Source: a virus. Taken from it: DNA of 64,000 bases. A program made the position numbers and the translations under genes. Where the stretch lies: IMG/VR virus record IMGVR_UViG_3300000117_000007. One strand, 5' to 3'. Of the stretch, positions 19,899 through 29,935 are shown in pieces (within the stretch, counting starts at the first letter, position 1; each line of letters starts with the position of its first letter). The notes below the pieces were generated by a model. It saw only the letters and a list, made by a program, of their open reading frames with translations, was not told the DNA's origin and did not search any database.

Positions 19899-21873
19899 CA
19901 ATTACAGCACAATAGAAGACTTCAGAAGAACGTACAACGAACTTGCAGTTGACGTTGGTGATATTCGTGGTTTAAGAACTACAAATCAAGCAACACTTAC
20001 AGATGCAGTAAACAGTATCGAAGATAAATCATTCTTCTTCCAAGAATTTGTGTATACTTCAGATGATACAGATGCAAACGATGGATCTGGTCCATACAAT
20101 TTCTTTGGAGCAGATATCTTTGCTAACGTCTTAAAGTATAAGAAAGATAGGGTACAAGTATTTGTTAATGGGGTTCACTTGAGTGAAGGTATTGACTATA
20201 CTGTTACGGGTCTTCAAGCAGATGCTACTTACAATCAAATACAAATTTCAAACACTTCACCATCTTTTGGATCAGGTCTAACAGACGGTGATAGATTAAC
20301 AGTTTACTCATATACAGGATCGTATCTTGGTGTAGCAGTTCAAAATACTGGCGCCCAGTTCTTCTTGCTTGATGAGACACAAACAATTTACAATAACAAT
20401 GCTAACGGTCTCATATTCAATGGTAGTAACAGTAATCTTGTAACTACATTGCAATCTGGTTTCACAATTCAAAATGAAGGTAATACTTTAGTAAATGGTG
20501 AACTTACAGTTGATACAGGACATACACTAACAGCACCTACAATTACAGACGGAATTGCAACACTATCAAGTGGTTCAATCACAAATGGTGTGAATGGTAC
20601 TTTCTCAGGTACTATTCAAGCAGAGCATCTCTATACAACAGACGATTTACAAGTTGGTGATGATGCAACAATTAGTGGAGATTTGACAGTTAATGGTGCC
20701 GTAACCTTAAACGGTAGTACAATTACTCTAGGTAATCATGCAGATGATAATGTCGTATTTAATGCAGACGTAAACACAGATATCAAACCAAATCAAACTG
20801 GTCTCGATCTTGGTTCAAGTACTCAGAAGTGGGACAACTTATATGTAACAGAAGTTCAAGGTAATATCGATGGTAACGTTTACAGTGGTAGTACTCTTGT
20901 TCTGAATAATACTACTGCTCACCTAACAGGAACAGTATCAGATATTTCAAATCACGATACAGATGATTTAACAGAAGGTTCAAGTAACTTATACTTCACT
21001 ACTGCAAGAGCAAGAGAATCTATCAGTGAAAACTCAACTCAGTTAGCATACGATAATTCAACTGGTGTATTAACATATACACAGGGCAACACTGATACTG
21101 TAGCAGAAGGAACATCTAATCTTTATTATACAAATGCTAGAGCAGATGAAAGAGTTGCTTTAGAAACAGGTGTTAATTTAGATTTATCAAATCAAGATAC
21201 AGATGAACTAGCAGAAGGAAGTTCAAATCTATATTATACAAATACTAGAGCAGATGGTAGAATTGCATTACAAGTCGGTGCTAATCTAGATTTATCAAGC
21301 AAGTCTACAACTAATTTATCTGAAGGTACAAACTTATATTACACAAATACTAGAGTAGATAATAGAATTGCCAGTGCTAGTATTGGTGATTTAGATGACG
21401 TATCTATCTCTAGCATTACGGCAGGTCAAGCACTAACATGGTCAGATTCAGCAAATGATGGTAACGGTGGATTTACACCAACAACACTAGGTAGTAGTAC
21501 AGATAGTTTTGCAGAGGGTTCAAATAACCTATACTTTACAAATGAGAGAGCAATGGACGCCGCCGCATCGATGATTACAACTGCTACTCACAGTAATATA
21601 ACAGTAAGTTATGATGACGATGCAAATACATTGGCATTTAGTGCGGCCGCACAATATGGTGACTCAGATGTCGAGGCACATATTTCAGAAGGACCTGGTA
21701 TTGATCTAGACACTTCTGGTTCAACTTTAGAAATTTCTGCTTCGGCGCAGAAAGGGGTAAAAATATCAAGTACCCATGTAGAATTAGATTATGAAGTAGT
21801 ATCGGCCTCTGGACTTTCAGGAACACCATCAGGAACAGGAAAACCAGAAGGACATCTATGGTTTGTGATATGA
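19882..21873 (+). CDS. Tail fibre-like protein with TDDLxEGSSNLYxT repeats
   Basis: Repeated (D/T)xLxEGSSNLY(F/Y)T units; C-terminal PSGTGKPEGHLWFVI motif. Confidence 0.75.
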   Translation: MAKTVDNYSTIEDFRRTYNELAVDVGDIRGLRTTNQATLTDAVNSIEDKSFFFQEFVYTSDDTDANDGSGPYNFFGADIFANVLKYKKDRVQVFVNGVHLSEGIDYTVTGLQADATYNQIQISNTSPSFGSGLTDGDRLTVYSYTGSYLGVAVQNTGAQFFLLDETQTIYNNNANGLIFNGSNSNLVTTLQSGFTIQNEGNTLVNGELTVDTGHTLTAPTITDGIATLSSGSITNGVNGTFSGTIQAEHLYTTDDLQVGDDATISGDLTVNGAVTLNGSTITLGNHADDNVVFNADVNTDIKPNQTGLDLGSSTQKWDNLYVTEVQGNIDGNVYSGSTLVLNNTTAHLTGTVSDISNHDTDDLTEGSSNLYFTTARARESISENSTQLAYDNSTGVLTYTQGNTDTVAEGTSNLYYTNARADERVALETGVNLDLSNQDTDELAEGSSNLYYTNTRADGRIALQVGANLDLSSKSTTNLSEGTNLYYTNTRVDNRIASASIGDLDDVSISSITAGQALTWSDSANDGNGGFTPTTLGSSTDSFAEGSNNLYFTNERAMDAAASMITTATHSNITVSYDDDANTLAFSAAAQYGDSDVEAHISEGPGIDLDTSGSTLEISASAQKGVKISSTHVELDYEVVSASGLSGTPSGTGKPEGHLWFVI

Positions 21874-21874
21874 T

Positions 21875-23506
21875 ATGTCAGATAAAATATATGTAAAGCA
21901 TCAACTTGCAGGCGGTAGTTTTCAGCAACCGTATAACTATCAGGTTCCAACACCTCTTAGAACTCCTGCAATTAAAAACCAAACTTATCGTCACCCGACA
22001 ATAACGCAGGTCCCTCAGACCTATATTGCAACTGGGAGAACAACTGCTAGGTATCCTTTCACATATCCATTTACAACGCAAGGAACTACTCAACAACCTA
22101 ACACGTATAATATACAAACTTCAGCACAGGGTAACACGAGAGGTAATACTCGAATTTCTGCTCAAGAAACAACACCTGCTATTGGTAACTCTAGAGTTAT
22201 TGGTAACACTAGGGCACCAATCGATGCACAGGGTACAACGATTACACGATACCCATATATTCAACCATTGATCGGGAATACTCAAGCAAACGCACAGCAA
22301 CCAAATACGTATTCTTATCAATCACCGTTTACATATGATATTCAATCACCAACACAATATAGTATACAAACTTCTGTAAATGCACAGTCGCCCTCAATTG
22401 TTGATTATTCATATCAAACATCGTTACAGCAACCTACAATTACACGTTATCCATTTACATATGAATACAATGTGCAAAATGCTACTCAAGGAAGTACTCG
22501 ATACCCATTTACTTATCCGTTTACTGGGAGTTCTACAACACCAGTAATTAAAGTAGACAATTATAATATCGATGATCAAATTCATATACCAGATGAAACT
22601 GGTACTGGTACTTCAAGTAATAACCCTATGGTTTCAACTTTGACAGCAACTACTTTGTTGAGTACTCCTCAAACAAGAGGTGATGCAATTTACTTTAGAC
22701 TTAGAAGAGTACTACCAACTACATCGGGTTATACATCTTCTAATGATTATCTAGTTCTCGAAGCAGTAAAAGATAGTGCCCAACATACTAAAACTGGTAT
22801 AAGTGTATCAGTTGCTAACAGAGAAACATCTGGACCTCCAACTGGTCATACAGGAACAACTGTTATACAGAATTATAGTTCAACAGCAACGAATAATAAT
22901 TATGTAGAAATAGCAAGATTCGGTTGTCCTGTAAGTGAAGGAGTGGTTTCTGAATTTGAAATTACATTAACACCAGACGCCACTACTACATTTAATACAA
23001 CAGTGGGATCATTGTCAAATTCTGCTATTTCTGGTTGTTCTATATCTTTTGATACTACAACAAACTCAAATGGTTTCACTACTTATGCTTTTTCTAATTC
23101 AAATACTTCACATTATAATGACTGCTTAAATGCAAAAATATATGGAAGTTCTTTGATTTCTCCAAACTCTCAGGGATTTGGTATATTAACAACATACACA
23201 TCAACGGGTACTGCTAGTTCGAGTTCATATACAGTAAGGAATTATAGAGGTATTGATATATTAGTGAAACTTAAAAAGACGGGTAGGGGAACCCATACTA
23301 CTCAGTATCCAATGAAACTAAATTTCATATACTTAGCAAGTCATATTACTGGCGGCGGAGGCGGCGGAGGCGGTGGATTCCCATCACCATTCCCAAGTAC
23401 TCCAAGTTTCCCAACGTTTGATCCGTTTAGTGATCCATTCCACCCGTTCAACTTACCTCTTGTTCAGCAGTCAGTAGAACCTCTGGAGCAACGACTAGCA
23501 GGGTAA
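21875..23506 (+). CDS. Zipper fibre chain A: repeat strand (aa ~20-218), globular domain, poly-Gly and F/P-rich tail
   Basis: PFTY/GNTR/QQPNTY repeats complementary to the 23509-24318 product; Gly9 at 23351-23377. Function is inferred. Confidence 0.7.
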   Translation: MSDKIYVKHQLAGGSFQQPYNYQVPTPLRTPAIKNQTYRHPTITQVPQTYIATGRTTARYPFTYPFTTQGTTQQPNTYNIQTSAQGNTRGNTRISAQETTPAIGNSRVIGNTRAPIDAQGTTITRYPYIQPLIGNTQANAQQPNTYSYQSPFTYDIQSPTQYSIQTSVNAQSPSIVDYSYQTSLQQPTITRYPFTYEYNVQNATQGSTRYPFTYPFTGSSTTPVIKVDNYNIDDQIHIPDETGTGTSSNNPMVSTLTATTLLSTPQTRGDAIYFRLRRVLPTTSGYTSSNDYLVLEAVKDSAQHTKTGISVSVANRETSGPPTGHTGTTVIQNYSSTATNNNYVEIARFGCPVSEGVVSEFEITLTPDATTTFNTTVGSLSNSAISGCSISFDTTTNSNGFTTYAFSNSNTSHYNDCLNAKIYGSSLISPNSQGFGILTTYTSTGTASSSSYTVRNYRGIDILVKLKKTGRGTHTTQYPMKLNFIYLASHITGGGGGGGGGFPSPFPSTPSFPTFDPFSDPFHPFNLPLVQQSVEPLEQRLAG

Positions 23507-23508
23507 TC

Positions 23509-24318
23509 ATGGCGCAATTTCAATCACAATGGACACAACCTTACTCAGTACAGAGTCCCTTTATATATCAGGGACAAGGGAGCACTAGAGGAACAACACG
23601 ATATACTTTTCAGTCACCTTCAACTGCTCAGGGTAACACAAGGGGAACTACAGACACTCCAAGTCCATATCGTCAACCAAATATTGGGTCAACAGATGCA
23701 CAAAATACTGTAATTGTACAGCAACCAAGTCGAGGAACTACACAAACACCTTCAATTGGAAACACAAGAGCAACAGTACAGGGACAAACAAGGTCACCAT
23801 ACAGATCGCCATTTACGTATGCGTATCAAGTAGATGCTAGAGGAAATACTGAGACTAGATATCCGTTTACTTTTCAATCACCGTTTACGTATCAGAATCC
23901 TATAACATACGATTTTCAGTATCAGTCGCCATATAGATCACCTGCTAGATATCCCTTTACGTACCCGTTTAGAGTACCATCGATTGGGAATACTAGATCG
24001 CCGTTTACGTATGAAATTCAAAATACAGGTAACACACGTGGTACTACACAAGTGCCTTATATATTTCAAGGCAACAGTAGAGTACCATATAATTTACAGA
24101 CTGTTTCACCTACTACATACACTGTTAGATCACCTAGCATTGTACAGTCACCAGCAATTGGCACAAGACCAATTGGTCCTGTAGCAGAAGTTAAAGCAGT
24201 ATATTTTAAAGATTCTGATGGTGTAGTAAAGAAATTAGAAAAAGGATATGTAAAAGATTCTCAAGGGACTGTAAGAAAAATACATACTGGCATCCCATTT
24301 GCCCAACTAAGCAATTAA
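23509..24318 (+). CDS. Zipper fibre chain B: complementary repeat strand plus C-terminal small beta domain
   Basis: Antiparallel complement of chain A at i+j=238; ends VYFKDSDGVVKKLEKGYVKDSQG. Confidence 0.7.
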   Translation: MAQFQSQWTQPYSVQSPFIYQGQGSTRGTTRYTFQSPSTAQGNTRGTTDTPSPYRQPNIGSTDAQNTVIVQQPSRGTTQTPSIGNTRATVQGQTRSPYRSPFTYAYQVDARGNTETRYPFTFQSPFTYQNPITYDFQYQSPYRSPARYPFTYPFRVPSIGNTRSPFTYEIQNTGNTRGTTQVPYIFQGNSRVPYNLQTVSPTTYTVRSPSIVQSPAIGTRPIGPVAEVKAVYFKDSDGVVKKLEKGYVKDSQGTVRKIHTGIPFAQLSN

Positions 24319-24323
24319 AAACA

Positions 24324-24331
24324 TATAAATA
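24324..24331 (+). promoter_or_regulatory. Late promoter TATAAATA
   Basis: Exact consensus ending 6 nt before ATG 24338. Confidence 0.75.
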
Positions 24332-24337
24332 GTTACT

Positions 24338-24673
24338 ATGGCAATCATAGCAAATATATACATCGATCAAGGCACAGATTTCAGCATTACAGTAGATGTT
24401 ACTAATGCCGATGGCACAGCATTAAATCTAAGTGGTTATACTGCGGCCGCACAAATGAGAAAGACATATACTTCTTCGGCAGTTAGTGCATCTTTTGGAA
24501 CAACAATAATTGAAGCATCAGGACAAGTAACACTATCTTTGACTGATTCACAAACAAGTGCATTATCGCCAGGTAGATATTTGTATGATCTCAATATCAC
24601 ATCTTCAGGTGGAAATACGAGTAGAGTTGTTGAAGGACAAGCAATCGTTACACCGGGTGTAACGAGGAGTTAA
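24338..24673 (+). CDS. Small Ig-like virion/fibre adaptor protein
   Basis: ANIYIDQGTDF..LSGYTAAAQMRK..GRYLYDL..RVVEG pattern recalled from marine T4-like fibre regions. Confidence 0.65.
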   Translation: MAIIANIYIDQGTDFSITVDVTNADGTALNLSGYTAAAQMRKTYTSSAVSASFGTTIIEASGQVTLSLTDSQTSALSPGRYLYDLNITSSGGNTSRVVEGQAIVTPGVTRS

Positions 24674-24675
24674 AT

Positions 24676-24918
24676 ATGGCAATTAAAGGCGTAGTAGGAA
24701 GAGTTGCAGGGATTTCTGGTAAAGTTCAGGGTCAAGGTAACTTACGTGTAAAGCAGGTTGCAGTAGGTAATTCATCTACAAACGTGAATTTATCTGCAAA
24801 ATCTATCAATGAATTAGCAGACGTTGATGCTACAGAAACAGATAACGGATTACTTTCATACGATCAAGCATCAGATAAGTGGACTACAACCACGGTTCTT
24901 GACGGCGGAACATTCTAA
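24676..24918 (+). CDS. Small fibre-associated protein ending in DGGTF
   Basis: SD GAGGAG; LADVD..DNGLLSYD..KW fibre motif. Confidence 0.65.
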   Translation: MAIKGVVGRVAGISGKVQGQGNLRVKQVAVGNSSTNVNLSAKSINELADVDATETDNGLLSYDQASDKWTTTTVLDGGTF

Positions 24919-24928
24919 ATAACAATTA

Positions 24929-25951
24929 GTGAAACCTACATTATGGACACGTGATGAGTGGTCCCCTTTGCAAGAATGCATTTTAGGGACTGCAAAAGAG
25001 TTCAACCTCACGAAAGACATCTCACATTATGTCGTTGATTGGCATGATAGTTCTTGGTCTGATTATATTGAAGCAGATTTCGAATACATCACTAAAGACA
25101 TTATTGCTGAAGCAGAAGCAGACTTAAACTACTTTCAAACAGTGCTTAGGACTCACGGTGTTGTCGTCCATCGCCCGCAAACATCTTTGACATGTAATCA
25201 GATCAGTAATGGTATGTGGGAAACAGGCCAGATGCAATTTTACAATGTCAGAGACATTGCTTTTGTTATCGACAATACCATTGTAGAGTCAGCAATGTCA
25301 GTTCGTACAAGGTATTTTGAACAGTATAGTATACAACATATCTTCAAACAAAAATTCTTAGAAGGTGCTAAATGGTTGTCTATGCCTAAACCAAAACTAT
25401 CAGATGATCACTATTCATTAAATGTATTTCCAGATATACCAACGCATGAACCATTACTTGATGGTGCAAACATATTGAGAATGGGAGATGATTTATTAGT
25501 AAGCACAAATTTAACTGCTAATAAAATGGGTGTTGAATGGTTAAGAAGACATTTTCCTAATCATAGAATACATGAGATTGATCTCACACATAAAGTTACA
25601 TCTCATATTGATACAACATTTACAGTATTAAAAGAAGGTGTAGTATTGATTAATGAAGAGAGAATTAAAGAAGATGAAGTTCCAGATCTTTTTAAAGATT
25701 GGACAAAAGTATTCATCACTAAAGACATTATAGCAGATGTGCAACCAAAAGTCAAGAGAGGAATCGCATCTAAATGGGTTGGTATGAATATGTTTTCTAT
25801 AGATCCCAATAATGTTTGTGTAGATGCATCACAAGAACGTCTTATGGAAGTGATATCACAATATGTAAATCCTATACCTATACCTATGAAGCATTCTAGA
25901 ATTCTGGGTGGAGGATTACATTGTTGTACTTTAGACTTATTAAGAAATTAA
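24929..25951 (+). CDS. Amidinotransferase (glycine/inosamine-phosphate amidinotransferase family, pentein fold)
   Basis: EWSPLQECILG, VRD, LDGAN, SHIDTT and C-terminal GGGLHCCTLDL (catalytic Asp/His/Cys); GTG start. Confidence 0.88.
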   Translation: MKPTLWTRDEWSPLQECILGTAKEFNLTKDISHYVVDWHDSSWSDYIEADFEYITKDIIAEAEADLNYFQTVLRTHGVVVHRPQTSLTCNQISNGMWETGQMQFYNVRDIAFVIDNTIVESAMSVRTRYFEQYSIQHIFKQKFLEGAKWLSMPKPKLSDDHYSLNVFPDIPTHEPLLDGANILRMGDDLLVSTNLTANKMGVEWLRRHFPNHRIHEIDLTHKVTSHIDTTFTVLKEGVVLINEERIKEDEVPDLFKDWTKVFITKDIIADVQPKVKRGIASKWVGMNMFSIDPNNVCVDASQERLMEVISQYVNPIPIPMKHSRILGGGLHCCTLDLLRN

Positions 25952-25955
25952 AACA

Positions 25956-25963
25956 TATAAATA
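25956..25963 (+). promoter_or_regulatory. Late promoter TATAAATA
   Basis: Exact consensus preceding a long structured leader. Confidence 0.75.
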
Positions 25964-25978
25964 AAAGTATCAATCAAG

Positions 25979-26058
25979 GTTGTCGACAGTGAGACAACGA
26001 CCCACATAGTGAGTGGACGAGATATAATATGATTTCTTCTAGGGATAATGAACTAGAA
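25979..26058 (+). promoter_or_regulatory. Three-hairpin 5' leader with a shared loop motif
   Basis: GTTGTC-gacagtga-GACAAC; CCAC-atagtga-GTGG; TTCTAG-ggataatgaa-CTAGAA. Confidence 0.55.
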
Positions 26059-26102
26059 TTTGCAAATTTAATAAACCAAAATTTTTCAATTAGGAGAGAA
26101 AA

Positions 26103-27671
26103 ATGGCAACAGTAATTCAGATTAAAAGAAGTACAGGAGCAAGTGCGCCAGCAGTTAGTGATCTAGCAGAAGGCGAATTGGCGTATGTACAAGATAGATC
26201 GAATGATGGTGCTTCTGCTAAACTATTCATTGAGTCAGTAGATTCAGGATCTTCAGCAGTTATCCATGAAATCGGTGGTAAATACTACACGGACATCGTC
26301 GGTGGTAGTAAAGCAACTCCATCAGATTTCTTAGTTGGTAATGGTTCAACTTCAGGTGGTACTCTAAAACTTATCGAAGATTCCGATAACGGAACAAACT
26401 TCGTTGGTATTAAAGCACCAGACTCAGTTGGATCTAACGTTACTTTTACAATGCCTTCAGCAGACGGCAGTGCTAACCAAGTATTAGGAACCAATGGTTC
26501 AGGACAACTATCATTCTTATCAACAACTTCAACACTAGCAGGAGCAACAGACTCAGATATCAGTTCACCAGGTGCAGGACACATTCTTGTTCACGATGGT
26601 TCAGATTCATTTGACAACGTAGCACTTTCTGGTGATGTAACAATGACCTCTGCTGGTGTAGTAACCATCGGGTCAAACGCGGTACAAGTAGGAAACATTG
26701 ATTTCTTAGTAGACGAAGATAACATGGCATCAGACTCAGCAGTTAAAGTGCCTTCACAGCAATCAGTCAAAGCATATGTTGATTCACAAGTAACAGCACA
26801 AGACTTAGACTTAGCAGGTGACAGTGGTACAGGTGCAGTTGATTTAGACTCACAATCAATCACTTTCACTGGTGGTACAGGGGTAACAACTTCTGTTTCT
26901 AACCAAGCAGTGTCCTTCGCAATTGGTCAATCAGTTGGAACAACAGACAACGTAACATTTAACAACGTTGAAGTTGACGGAACATTGACTTCAGATGATA
27001 TCACATCTACAAACATCGCCGCTACAGGTAACTTAACAGTTTCAGGAAACTTGACTGTTAATGGTACTACAACAACAGTAAACTCAACTACAGTATCAGT
27101 AGATGATCCAGTATTTGAATTGGGTGAAGGGGCATCAGATGACAACTTAGACAGAGGGATTAAATTCAACTGGCATAATGGTTCATCTGCTAAAGTTGGT
27201 TTCTTTGGTATGGACGACTCAGACGGGAAGTTCAAATTTATCCAAGATGCAACAGATACTTCATCAGTATTCTCAGGATCAGTTGGTAACGTAGCATTTG
27301 GTGGTATCGAAGGTACTTCACTTGCATTAAGTGGTTCAATCACTTCAGTTGACGGATCTGCCCCAACTGCTGGTCAATTAATGATCGGTAATGGATCAAA
27401 TGGCGATCTAGAACTTGCAACATTGACTGCTGGTGAAGGTATTGACGTAGCAAACGCAGACGGAAGTATTACAATCAGTGCAGAGTCGGCAACAGCATCT
27501 AACTTAGGTGTTGCTTCATTCTCAGCATCATACTTCACAGTTAGTTCTGGCGACGTTTCAATTAACGATGCTACAGCAAGTGCTAAAGGTATTGCATCAT
27601 TCTCCAGTGATAACTTCACTGTATCAAGTGGTGCGGTAACTGTTACTGCTATCGACGGAGGTACATTCTAA
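26103..27671 (+). CDS. Tail fibre protein (MATVIQIKRS N-terminus, DGGTF C-terminus)
   Basis: IQIKRS..LAEGELAY N-terminal motif; GNLTVSGNLTVNGTTTTVNS; DGSANQVLGTNGSG. Confidence 0.78.
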   Translation: MATVIQIKRSTGASAPAVSDLAEGELAYVQDRSNDGASAKLFIESVDSGSSAVIHEIGGKYYTDIVGGSKATPSDFLVGNGSTSGGTLKLIEDSDNGTNFVGIKAPDSVGSNVTFTMPSADGSANQVLGTNGSGQLSFLSTTSTLAGATDSDISSPGAGHILVHDGSDSFDNVALSGDVTMTSAGVVTIGSNAVQVGNIDFLVDEDNMASDSAVKVPSQQSVKAYVDSQVTAQDLDLAGDSGTGAVDLDSQSITFTGGTGVTTSVSNQAVSFAIGQSVGTTDNVTFNNVEVDGTLTSDDITSTNIAATGNLTVSGNLTVNGTTTTVNSTTVSVDDPVFELGEGASDDNLDRGIKFNWHNGSSAKVGFFGMDDSDGKFKFIQDATDTSSVFSGSVGNVAFGGIEGTSLALSGSITSVDGSAPTAGQLMIGNGSNGDLELATLTAGEGIDVANADGSITISAESATASNLGVASFSASYFTVSSGDVSINDATASAKGIASFSSDNFTVSSGAVTVTAIDGGTF

Positions 27672-27719
27672 GCATTTTTTATGTTTAGTGTTTATTTTCA
27701 AAGTCAATAGGAGGAAACA

Positions 27720-28547
27720 ATGGCAACAGTAATTCAGTTTAAAAGAAGTTCTACTCAGAATGCAGTTCCCGGTACTGGTGATTTATCACTAGGGGAATTA
27801 GCAGTCAACACTTATCACGGTAGATTCTATACTGAGAAAAACGATGGTTCAGCGGCAGTCGTTGAAGTGGGATCTAATCCCTCATCGTTAACTATCAATG
27901 ATGCTATTACTTTCCCAACAAGTGATGGTTCTGCAAACCAGGTATTAAAAACAGATGGAAGTGGATCAGTTTCATTTTCAGATTTACCTAGTTCAGGAAT
28001 CACAATTTATACCTACTCAATATCGAGTACTACAACTTCAATAACAGGTGCAGACGACAGTAGCAATACTTTAGTTTATACTCCTGGTACTGAACAAGTA
28101 TTCATAAACGGTGTTAAATTGGTAGATGGCGGTAACGATTATACTGCAACAAACACATCTACAATCACATTGGCAGAGAACGCCATTAGTGGTGATATAG
28201 TAGAAGTAGTCGCAATATCAGATGCAAGTAATCTTGTTGAAGGATATTTCACTGCTAATACTTTCACTGCTACAACGGCAAATCAGGTACTTTCCAGTAA
28301 TGGACTAGCAATTAAAGGCATCAAGTATGTCATCAATGCTACCCACAGTACAGCAGGAACACACGCGGCCGAAGTGCTATTGATCAATGATGGAACAGAT
28401 GCATTCTTTGTGCAATACGGTGACGTATACTCAGATGCATCTCTCTTCACATTATCAGCAGATGTAAATTCAGGTAATATGAGACTTCTCGTAACACCTG
28501 CAAATACTAACACAACCATTGACACATTTCAAATAAGACATAGTTAA
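27720..28547 (+). CDS. Tail fibre-associated protein
   Basis: Same IQFKRS..LGELAVN N-terminus; C-terminal ~90-aa domain shared with the next two genes. Confidence 0.72.
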   Translation: MATVIQFKRSSTQNAVPGTGDLSLGELAVNTYHGRFYTEKNDGSAAVVEVGSNPSSLTINDAITFPTSDGSANQVLKTDGSGSVSFSDLPSSGITIYTYSISSTTTSITGADDSSNTLVYTPGTEQVFINGVKLVDGGNDYTATNTSTITLAENAISGDIVEVVAISDASNLVEGYFTANTFTATTANQVLSSNGLAIKGIKYVINATHSTAGTHAAEVLLINDGTDAFFVQYGDVYSDASLFTLSADVNSGNMRLLVTPANTNTTIDTFQIRHS

Positions 28548-28558
28548 GGAGTAAAGAC

Positions 28559-28969
28559 ATGGCAAAAACAAACGCATTTAAACTTGCTGAGTTAATCAGA
28601 GTCTTCCAATACGATTCTTCAAATGATGTCATAACAACTTCAAAGAGAACAGAAGACAAGAACAAAAAGAGAGGTAATGCAACTAAGACTGCTACTGATC
28701 AATTTGCACTTGACACTTTTGCGAAAAACGACTTTAGAGCGGCAAGATATATTATTGCTATGACTAAAGGTAGTGATTTTCATTCGACTGAAGTTATGTT
28801 AGTACACGACGGAAGCACTGTGACTCTTACTCAGTATGGGACATTAAAAGATAGTACGTTAGCAACAATTGATGCAGATATCTCAGGATCAAACGTGAGA
28901 TTGTTAGTAACACCAGCAAGTGCTACATCAACAACAATCAAGTTTGACAGGACATTAGTAGACGCATAA
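28559..28969 (+). CDS. Small fibre-associated protein (single copy of the shared C-terminal domain)
   Basis: EVMLVHDGS..TQYG..RLLVTPA paralogous domain. Confidence 0.7.
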   Translation: MAKTNAFKLAELIRVFQYDSSNDVITTSKRTEDKNKKRGNATKTATDQFALDTFAKNDFRAARYIIAMTKGSDFHSTEVMLVHDGSTVTLTQYGTLKDSTLATIDADISGSNVRLLVTPASATSTTIKFDRTLVDA

Positions 28970-28989
28970 TTTTTTAACGATATATTATT

Positions 28990-29018
28990 AGGGGGACATA
29001 AAGTCCCCCTTTCTTTTT
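28990..29018 (+). terminator. Rho-independent terminator
   Basis: AGGGGGAC-ataaa-GTCCCCCT followed by TTCTTTTT. Confidence 0.85.
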
Positions 29019-29019
29019 G

Positions 29020-29027
29020 TATAAATA
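29020..29027 (+). promoter_or_regulatory. Late promoter TATAAATA
   Basis: Exact consensus directly after the terminator. Confidence 0.75.
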
Positions 29028-29032
29028 GTATT

Positions 29033-29860
29033 ATGGCAACGAAAGCAAAGTTTTACACTGATCTAGGATTACAATCAGCATTAGATTCACAAGTTGATGG
29101 CGACTTAACTGTTACAGGTGATCTTACTGTTCAGGGTTCAAACGTAATTGTCAATTCAACGACAACTTCAGTTGCAGATAACTTATTTGAATTAGCAAAT
29201 GGTAATACAAGTTCTGATATATTAGATATTGGTTTTTACGGAAACTATGATGACGGATTATCAGATAGTGGTGCCACTGAATACACAGGATTATTCAGAG
29301 ATGCTAGTGATTCAACATGGAAATTATTTGATGGGTTAGAAGTAGAACCTGGTAATACAGTCAATACTTCGGGGTCAGGTTATGCATTAGCAGACTTACA
29401 AGTAGGAGATATTACAGCAACTACTTTAACTGTTACTAATAGTATAACAGGATCAAACATCTCTTACCCAACGTCTGATGGATCAGCAGGGCAAGTACTT
29501 ACTACAAATGGAAGTGGTACACTATCATTTCAAGATCGAGATGATGAGGGTTCGTTAACAACTACTTCAACAAGTATTACAAATCTCGATACATTCTCAG
29601 TATCAAGTTTTAGAGGTGGCAACTACACTATAACATTATCAGATGCAACAAGTGGTGTGTACGAAGTGACTCAGATAAATATAATACATGATGGTTCCAA
29701 CGTATCAATGTCGCAATTTGGTACAGTGTTACAAGGCGGAAGCAGTGAACTTGCAACATTTAGTGTTGATATAAGTTCTTCAAGTGTTAGACTTAGAATT
29801 ACTCCAGCATCAACAAATTCAACTATTACAAAATTCAAAAAAAGTTTGATAGATGTTTAG
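29033..29860 (+). CDS. Tail fibre-associated protein
   Basis: GDLTVTGDLTVQG, TGLFRDASD, DGSAGQVLTTNGSG; shared C-terminal domain. Confidence 0.72.
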   Translation: MATKAKFYTDLGLQSALDSQVDGDLTVTGDLTVQGSNVIVNSTTTSVADNLFELANGNTSSDILDIGFYGNYDDGLSDSGATEYTGLFRDASDSTWKLFDGLEVEPGNTVNTSGSGYALADLQVGDITATTLTVTNSITGSNISYPTSDGSAGQVLTTNGSGTLSFQDRDDEGSLTTTSTSITNLDTFSVSSFRGGNYTITLSDATSGVYEVTQINIIHDGSNVSMSQFGTVLQGGSSELATFSVDISSSSVRLRITPASTNSTITKFKKSLIDV

Positions 29861-29935
29861 TAATCCCTGTTTTAGAGTGAACAGTCTTACTAAATAATAA
29901 TGTTAACAATCTTAGATTAGAGGATTATATAAACC

